DNA of 32,048 nt, from the NCBI GenBank assembly GCA_051888545.1, contig JBJFBR010000243.1:1-32048 (forward strand), given 5' to 3'. Positions 27,079 through 32,048 of the stretch are shown here, piece after piece. The notes beneath the pieces were generated by a model. It saw only the letters and a program-made list of their open reading frames with translations. It was not told the origin of the DNA and did not search any database. The first letter of the stretch is position 1; each line of letters begins with the position of its first letter. The translations under genes were made by a program, and so were the position numbers. Source of the DNA: Oscillospiraceae bacterium (GTDB lineage: Bacteria; Bacillota; Clostridia; Oscillospirales; Ruminococcaceae).

Positions 27079-27135
27079 ACTCGAAATCATGATGCCCCTT
27101 GAGGGACGTGGGTTCGAATCCCACCGTCTCCGCCA
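27079..27135 (+). pseudogene. 3' half of host tRNA-Ser(CGA) (attR)
   Basis: A-CTCGAAA-TCATG, variable arm, GTGGG-TTCGAAT-CCCAC, CGTCTCC-G-CCA; complementary to the 9683-9723 half only. Confidence 0.92.
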
Positions 27136-27164
27136 GATATTTTAAGCGGCTTTGACCGCAGGAG

Positions 27165-27194
27165 AAAACCGCAGGCTTTATGTCTGCGGTTTTT
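27165..27194 (+). terminator. Terminator of the original host tRNA-Ser gene
   Basis: AAAACCGCAG / CTGCGGTTTTT. Confidence 0.7.
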
Positions 27195-27200
27195 GCTGCC

Positions 27201-27229
27201 TTGAAAAATTTACTGAGTTGTGATATATT
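27201..27229 (+). promoter_or_regulatory. Promoter of the yunG-like gene
   Basis: TTGAAA-17 bp-TATATT with extended -10 TG. Confidence 0.55.
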
Positions 27230-27251
27230 AACTGTCAGAGGTGAATACAGT

Positions 27252-27722
27252 ATGTTTAAAACAAAATCAGGCAGAGAAATATCATATTATGGAAGTGAAC
27301 ATAGCAAAGATATCAAAAGAACCGACAACAGAAAGCATGATATAGAATCTATTGACTCCCTGTTTAAAATTCTGTTGGATGTGTGGTGTAAAGATACTGC
27401 TTATCCAAGATGTCAGAAGGATTATGTTGAAGAGAATGATCCGACATATGGTCAATGTGCCATTACAGCAACACTTGTTCATGATATGTTTGGAGGGACA
27501 ATACATAGAATGCGGGTTTCAGGCGGCGGGACACATTACTTTAATCAAATAAATGGTCACTATATTGATTTAACAAGTGATCTGTTCGATTTGTATGGTA
27601 TTTCTGTTAACTATGATATAAATGAACAAATACCAAGAGAGTATTGCGGAAAAAATGATGATACCTTAAAAAGATATAAATTATTACTAAAGCTTGTTTA
27701 TGAGCATATATGTAATCCATGA
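27252..27722 (+). CDS. YunG-like protein
   Basis: GQCAITA..VHDMFGG.I...THYFN...IDLT pattern; GAGGTG RBS. Confidence 0.65.
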   Translation: MFKTKSGREISYYGSEHSKDIKRTDNRKHDIESIDSLFKILLDVWCKDTAYPRCQKDYVEENDPTYGQCAITATLVHDMFGGTIHRMRVSGGGTHYFNQINGHYIDLTSDLFDLYGISVNYDINEQIPREYCGKNDDTLKRYKLLLKLVYEHICNP

Positions 27723-27776
27723 GTTGTTGCCCGACCTGTGTTAAATGATTATAGTTAATCTGCATCTAAAATTACA

Positions 27777-27812
27777 AAACCTCCGCCTTGAATTATCAAA
27801 GCGGAGGTTTTT
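27777..27812. terminator. Bidirectional terminator
   Basis: AAAACCTCCGC / GCGGAGGTTTT. Confidence 0.75.
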
Positions 27813-27813
27813 A

Positions 27814-28122
27814 TTATCCTTCCAATAACTCCATTATCTGCGACTTAGAGCCGGCACCTACTGATTGACCGACAATTTTTCCGCCTTCCATTATAACAAG
27901 AGTTGGAATGCTTGAAACATCAAAGGCCTGCGCAAGCTCAGGATCTTCGTCCACATTGATTTTGCCAATGAGATATTGGGGATTTTCCCTGGCAATTTCT
28001 TCAACTAAAGGTGAAACTCTGCGGCAGGGACCGCACCAGTCAGCGTAAAAATCCAGAAGTACTCTTTTATCGCTGTTCTGAATTTCGCTGAAATTGCTCT
28101 TGCTTACTTTTATAACTGACAT
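27814..28122 (-). CDS. trxA: Thioredoxin
   Basis: DFYADWCGPC, KINVDE and SIPT motifs. Confidence 0.93.
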   Translation of the reverse strand: MSVIKVSKSNFSEIQNSDKRVLLDFYADWCGPCRRVSPLVEEIARENPQYLIGKINVDEDPELAQAFDVSSIPTLVIMEGGKIVGQSVGAGSKSQIMELLEG

Positions 28123-28188
28123 ATAAAGACTTCCTTTCTTTTAATATGCCTTTATTATACCCCATTTTGAGAAATTTGTATATACCTC

Positions 28189-28238
28189 TTGACAAATTTT
28201 TATTTCGGTGTTATCATTATATATAGAACATACGTTCG
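28189..28238 (+). promoter_or_regulatory. Sigma-A-like promoter followed by a Firmicutes LexA (SOS) box
   Basis: TTGACA(28189)-17-TATCAT(28212) with TG; AGAAC-ATAC-GTTCG at 28225-28238. Confidence 0.55.
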
Positions 28239-28264
28239 TGTAAATTGAATATTAATAATGCAGA

Positions 28265-29530
28265 TTATACATAAAGATAATCATTGAGTACAGGCTGTAA
28301 TCCTTCAGAGGAAATGTCATCGTACATTTTGTCAAGGCTTCTGGTGTCGCATATTTCAAACTGCTCGTCGCCTTCCTCAGCGCCGGCTTGTTTGCCGGTG
28401 TATTTGCTTTCGTGGTCGCCGATTCCGGTGGAAACACCTGCTGAAATCTTTGTGGCACAAATCTTTACAATGCCGTTTCTGAATTGTGCACTTTCTCTTG
28501 ATGATACTGTTATTCCAACATAGGGGAGAAAAATCCGGTATGCACAAAGTACCTGACAAAGCTGTTTTTCTCCCACATCTGACGGATTTATTTTGTCGTT
28601 GTTGATGATAGGACGAAGTCTTGGACAGGATAGTGACATCTCAGCATGAGGATATTTTCTTTGAAGATAGTATACATGCAGAGCACTTGCAAGAGCGTCT
28701 TTTCTGAAATCAGAAAGTCCTAAAAGTGCTGAGAATGCAACTCCCCGCATTCCGCCTTTTAAAGCTCGTTCTTGTGCGTTGAAACGGTATGGCCATACCC
28801 GCTTGTGCCCCATTAAATGCAAAGTTTCGTATTTATCCGTGTCATAGGTTTCCTGAAATACCGTGACATAATCTGCACCGCATTGGTGTAAATATTTGTA
28901 TTCGTCGGTGTTTACGGGATAAATTTCAAGTCCTACCATGCGGAAATATTTTCTCGCAAGCCTGCAGGCTTCGCCAATGTATTTTACATCACTCTGAGCA
29001 CGGCTTTCACCTGTGAGGATGAGGATTTCTTCCATTCCGCTGTCGGCAATAACTTTCATTTCGTGCTCAATCTGTTCCATGTTCAGTTTCATTCGCTTTA
29101 TGTGATTGTAACAGTTGAAACCGCAGTAAACACAGTAATTCTCACAGTAGTTTGCAATGTATAGAGGTGTGAACATATATACTGTGTTGCCGAAATGCTT
29201 GCTTGTTTCAAGACGTGCTCTTTCAGCCATTTTTTCAAGAAAAGGCTCGGCAGCAGGTGATAAAAGTGCCTTGAAATCTTCAATGGTGCAGACTTCGTGT
29301 TCAAGCGCTGTTTTTACATCTTTTGCAGTGTATTCAGAACTGTTGTATGAATTCATCTGGCTCATGACTTTTTCGCAGATGTCCGATTGGATAATTTCCA
29401 TTCCTGGCATATATTCCATGTGGTTGGTGCGTGATGTCGGGTCATTTTCAAGACGGTGCTTGATTTCCAGAGCCTTTGGCGAAAGATATTCCGAGTCGAT
29501 TAAAAATTGATTGTCCATATTAAAAGCCAC
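28265..29530 (-). CDS. thiH: 2-iminoacetate synthase ThiH (radical SAM)
   Basis: FTPLYIANYCENYCVYCGF, FQETY and DEQFEI.D.RS motifs; downstream of thiG; start may be ATG 29518. Confidence 0.93.
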   Translation of the reverse strand: MAFNMDNQFLIDSEYLSPKALEIKHRLENDPTSRTNHMEYMPGMEIIQSDICEKVMSQMNSYNSSEYTAKDVKTALEHEVCTIEDFKALLSPAAEPFLEKMAERARLETSKHFGNTVYMFTPLYIANYCENYCVYCGFNCYNHIKRMKLNMEQIEHEMKVIADSGMEEILILTGESRAQSDVKYIGEACRLARKYFRMVGLEIYPVNTDEYKYLHQCGADYVTVFQETYDTDKYETLHLMGHKRVWPYRFNAQERALKGGMRGVAFSALLGLSDFRKDALASALHVYYLQRKYPHAEMSLSCPRLRPIINNDKINPSDVGEKQLCQVLCAYRIFLPYVGITVSSRESAQFRNGIVKICATKISAGVSTGIGDHESKYTGKQAGAEEGDEQFEICDTRSLDKMYDDISSEGLQPVLNDYLYV

Positions 29531-29533
29531 CCT

Positions 29534-30307
29534 TTAGTTGCGTAAAAATCCTGTCAGGGGATCGGAAGCAGACGCTCCTCGTGTAAGAACCCGTCCCAGT
29601 CCTGAAATGTATGCTTTTCTGCCTGCTTCTATGGCTGATTTGAAAGCCGATGCCATCATGGGCAGGTCTCCGGCTGTTGCCAGAGCTGTGTTTGCCATTA
29701 TTGCAGCAGCGCCCATTTCCATGGCTTCGCAGGCTTGTGAGGGACGTCCTATTCCTGCGTCAACTATTACAGGAAGGTCGATTTCATTGATGATGATTTG
29801 AATAAATTCTTTTGCGGCAAGACCTTTGTTTGAGCCGATGGGAGCTGCCAGAGGCATTACTGCCGCTGCTCCTGCATTGACCAGATCTCTTGCAGAGTTA
29901 AGGTCGGGGAACATATAAGGCATAACTACAAAGCCTTCCTTTGCAAGTATTTCTGTAGCCTTGATTGTTTCAGCATTGTCCGGAAGAAGATATTTGCTGT
30001 CACGCATAATTTCAATTTTTACGAAATCTCCGCAGCCGAGTTCTCTTGCAAGATGAGCAATTCTCACAGCTTCTTCAGCATTTCTTGCTCCTGATGTATT
30101 GGGTAAAAGAGTAACATTTTCAGGTATGTAATCAAGAATATTTTCATGTTCCCTTGTATTTGCACGACGGACAGAAAGAGTTATAATTTCTGCTCCCGCA
30201 TATTCTACAGCGGCTTTTATGAGGTCGAGAGAATATTTTCCTGAGCCTAAAATAAAGCGTGAATTAAATTCATGTCCGCCGATAATCAGCTTATCATTTG
30301 CCTGCAT
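29534..30307 (-). CDS. thiG: Thiazole synthase ThiG
   Basis: [38 protein letters not shown] and VDAGIG.PS motifs. Confidence 0.97.
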   Translation of the reverse strand: MQANDKLIIGGHEFNSRFILGSGKYSLDLIKAAVEYAGAEIITLSVRRANTREHENILDYIPENVTLLPNTSGARNAEEAVRIAHLARELGCGDFVKIEIMRDSKYLLPDNAETIKATEILAKEGFVVMPYMFPDLNSARDLVNAGAAAVMPLAAPIGSNKGLAAKEFIQIIINEIDLPVIVDAGIGRPSQACEAMEMGAAAIMANTALATAGDLPMMASAFKSAIEAGRKAYISGLGRVLTRGASASDPLTGFLRN

Positions 30308-30347
30308 ATTAAAACTTCCTTTTTATTATAGTGTATAAATCAAGCGG

Positions 30348-30545
30348 TTAACATCCGCCGCCCATAAAGCTTACGATTTCAACGGTATCACCTTCATCAA
30401 GAACAGTTGTATCGTATTCTGTTTTTGGTATAATTACATAATTAACTTCCACAGCTATCATTCTTGAGTCATAGTTGTTATCATTAAGATATTGAGTAAC
30501 AGTTATTCCTGCAGCATTTTTTTCTTCACCGTTAATTATAACCAT
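30348..30545 (-). CDS. thiS: Sulfur carrier protein ThiS
   Basis: IAVEVN..IIPK and GDTVEIVSFMGGG; GGAGG RBS before ATG 30545. Confidence 0.93.
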   Translation of the reverse strand: MVIINGEEKNAAGITVTQYLNDNNYDSRMIAVEVNYVIIPKTEYDTTVLDEGDTVEIVSFMGGGC

Positions 30546-30560
30546 TCTGCACCTCCAGAT

Positions 30561-30596
30561 AAAAAAAGGGAAAATCACCCAAGCGGTAACTTTCCC
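30561..30596 (-). terminator. Riboswitch-associated intrinsic terminator
   Basis: Minus strand GGGAAAGTTACC-GCTTG-GGTGATTTTCCC-TTTTTTT between aptamer and thiS. Confidence 0.8.
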
Positions 30597-30609
30597 TAAG
30601 AATTTTCAA

Positions 30610-30710
30610 CTTATCCCTACGTTGGCATTATCCACATCAGGTTAACGGGTCGAAGGAGCACCTTCCTCTCAGCCTGTTTGGAAAAAAATCCGTCAAGCTC
30701 CCCATATTCA
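30610..30710 (-). ncRNA. TPP riboswitch
   Basis: Minus strand GGGGAGC...GGCTGAGAGG...GACCCGTTAACCTGAT.TGGATAATGCCA.CGTAGGGA upstream of thiS. Confidence 0.93.
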
Positions 30711-31282
30711 CTTAACAAATCAATTATATTCCTATACAAATACATATTCAAGAGCTGATGAAAAAAGTTTGAAAAAAGTTCACAATTATATTGTCGGTTA
30801 AAATGACAAAAATCAAAGTATTTATGATTTTATGAGCAGAAAATGCAGGTTTATAATAGAAAGGCTACAGGATATAAGCAAATCTGTTATGCGTCCGCCA
30901 AGCCGGAAAATTCCCACCCAGTATATGAATGCTCTTTTCACTTCTTATACATCATTGAAAAACCGGCATTTTTATATAAATACCTCAGATACAAACACAT
31001 AATATTCTGAGCTGTCTTTTTTATTTCAATTAATTTCAAGCTGAATATTTGTATTATTCCATTTTGTTATTTATAAATTATGAATAGTGCATAGAAATTC
31101 AAAGCAAAAGTTGTTCAAGTTGTATGCCAAAAAAAGACTGAAAACTATAGAAATTTAAGAAAAAATCTGTTATAATATAATTACTACCGTATACCCGACG
31201 CTTTGTGCGTTTGTCAGTGGAATGTTAAATAAGCCTTCCCTTTTGGATGCGGAATTATAATTTTTATGGAGGTATTAAACCA

Positions 31283-32048
31283 ATGGCAAAGAAGTATTGT
31301 TATCTTTTCTCTGAGGGCAATGCTAACATGAGAGAACTTCTCGGCGGCAAGGGTGCTAACCTTGCAGAAATGACCAATATAGGTCTCCCTGTTCCTCAGG
31401 GCTTTACAATTACAACAGAGGCTTGTACTCAGTATTATGAGGACGGCAGACAGATCAACGATGAAATTCAGGCTCAGATCAATGAGTACATCGTAAAGAT
31501 GGAAGAAATCACAGGCAAGAAATTCGGCGACAAAGAAAACCCACTCCTCGTTTCTGTTCGTTCAGGCGCAAGAGCTTCTATGCCGGGTATGATGGATACT
31601 ATCCTCAACCTTGGTCTTAATGAAGAAGTTGTTGATGTTATTGCTGAAAAGTCCAACAACCCCAGATGGGCTTGGGACTGCTACAGAAGATTCATTCAGA
31701 TGTATTCTGACGTAGTTATGGAAGTTGGTAAGAAGTATTTTGAAGAACTTATCGACGAAATGAAGGCTAAGAGAGGCGTTAAGCAGGACGTTGAACTTAC
31801 TGCTGATGACCTTAAGGAACTTGCTGGTCAGTTCAAGGCTGAATACAAGGCTAAAATTGGTGAAGACTTCCCTGATGATCCTAAGGAACAGCTCATGGGT
31901 GCTATCAAAGCCGTATTCCGTTCATGGGATAACCCAAGAGCTAACGTATACAGAAGAGACAACGATATCCCTTATTCATGGGGTACTGCTGTTAACGTAC
32001 AGTCAATGGCATTCGGTAACATGGGTGATGACTGCGGTACAGGTGTTG
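31283..32048 (+). CDS. ppdK: Pyruvate, phosphate dikinase (3' truncated by window edge; absent from the ORF track)
   Basis: [45 protein letters not shown] and [24 protein letters not shown]; GGAGG RBS. Confidence 0.97.
   Translation, partial: MAKKYCYLFSEGNANMRELLGGKGANLAEMTNIGLPVPQGFTITTEACTQYYEDGRQINDEIQAQINEYIVKMEEITGKKFGDKENPLLVSVRSGARASMPGMMDTILNLGLNEEVVDVIAEKSNNPRWAWDCYRRFIQMYSDVVMEVGKKYFEELIDEMKAKRGVKQDVELTADDLKELAGQFKAEYKAKIGEDFPDDPKEQLMGAIKAVFRSWDNPRANVYRRDNDIPYSWGTAVNVQSMAFGNMGDDCGTGV

Larger units (their letters stand above)
9715..27087. mobile_element. Integrative mobilizable element (~17.36 kb) inserted in tRNA-Ser(CGA)
   Basis: 9-bp direct repeat ACTCGAAAT at 9715-9723 and 27079-27087; removing the insert rebuilds a well-paired tRNA; tyrosine integrase, relaxase, MobC, AAA replication protein and Xis-like HTH genes; no T4SS or phage structural genes. 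Confidence 0.93.

Noticed and set aside
9715-27087. Prophage or self-transmissible ICE
   Set aside because: No capsid, terminase or tail genes and no VirB4/VirD4; only relaxase and MobC, so mobilizable at most.
9865-27135. Conventional reading: intact host tRNA at 9865-9953 as attL and a duplicated 3' fragment at 27079-27135 as attR
   Set aside because: The 3' fragment differs from the 9865 tRNA outside the loops and cannot form its acceptor or anticodon stems. It pairs with the 9683 half, and arm-like repeats lie upstream of 9865.
30720-31280. Hidden gene or ncRNA in the long gap before ppdK
   Set aside because: AT-rich divergent promoter region with no convincing ORF or recognisable RNA motif.

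Overview
Window from a low-GC Firmicute (Clostridia-like) chromosome. From left to right: the end of a Wzx/Wzy surface-polysaccharide locus (1-7831), an FN3 gene relic, tRNA-Leu(CAA), ssrA and smpB, then a ~17.36-kb integrative mobilizable element (IME), then yunG-like, thioredoxin, a TPP-riboswitch thiS-thiG-thiH operon and the start of ppdK. Two observations stand out. (1) The IME is inserted in the anticodon loop of the host tRNA-Ser(CGA) gene (core ACTCGAAAT at 9715-9723 and 27079-27087) and leaves it split in two halves. It does not repair the gene with a duplicated fragment. Instead it carries a complete, different tRNA-Ser(CGA) gene (9865-9953) between its putative integrase arm sites, apparently downstream of the host tRNA promoter. 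(2) The cargo is a tightly coupled candidate defence operon: m6A MTase, m5C MTase, a small unknown protein, a double-LAGLIDADG-like protein lacking both catalytic acids, a stand-alone PD-(D/E)XK nuclease, DUF262 and HEPN, preceded by a membrane-anchored HEPN-like protein and two Fic proteins. All protein calls come from motif recognition by eye; no database search was run.
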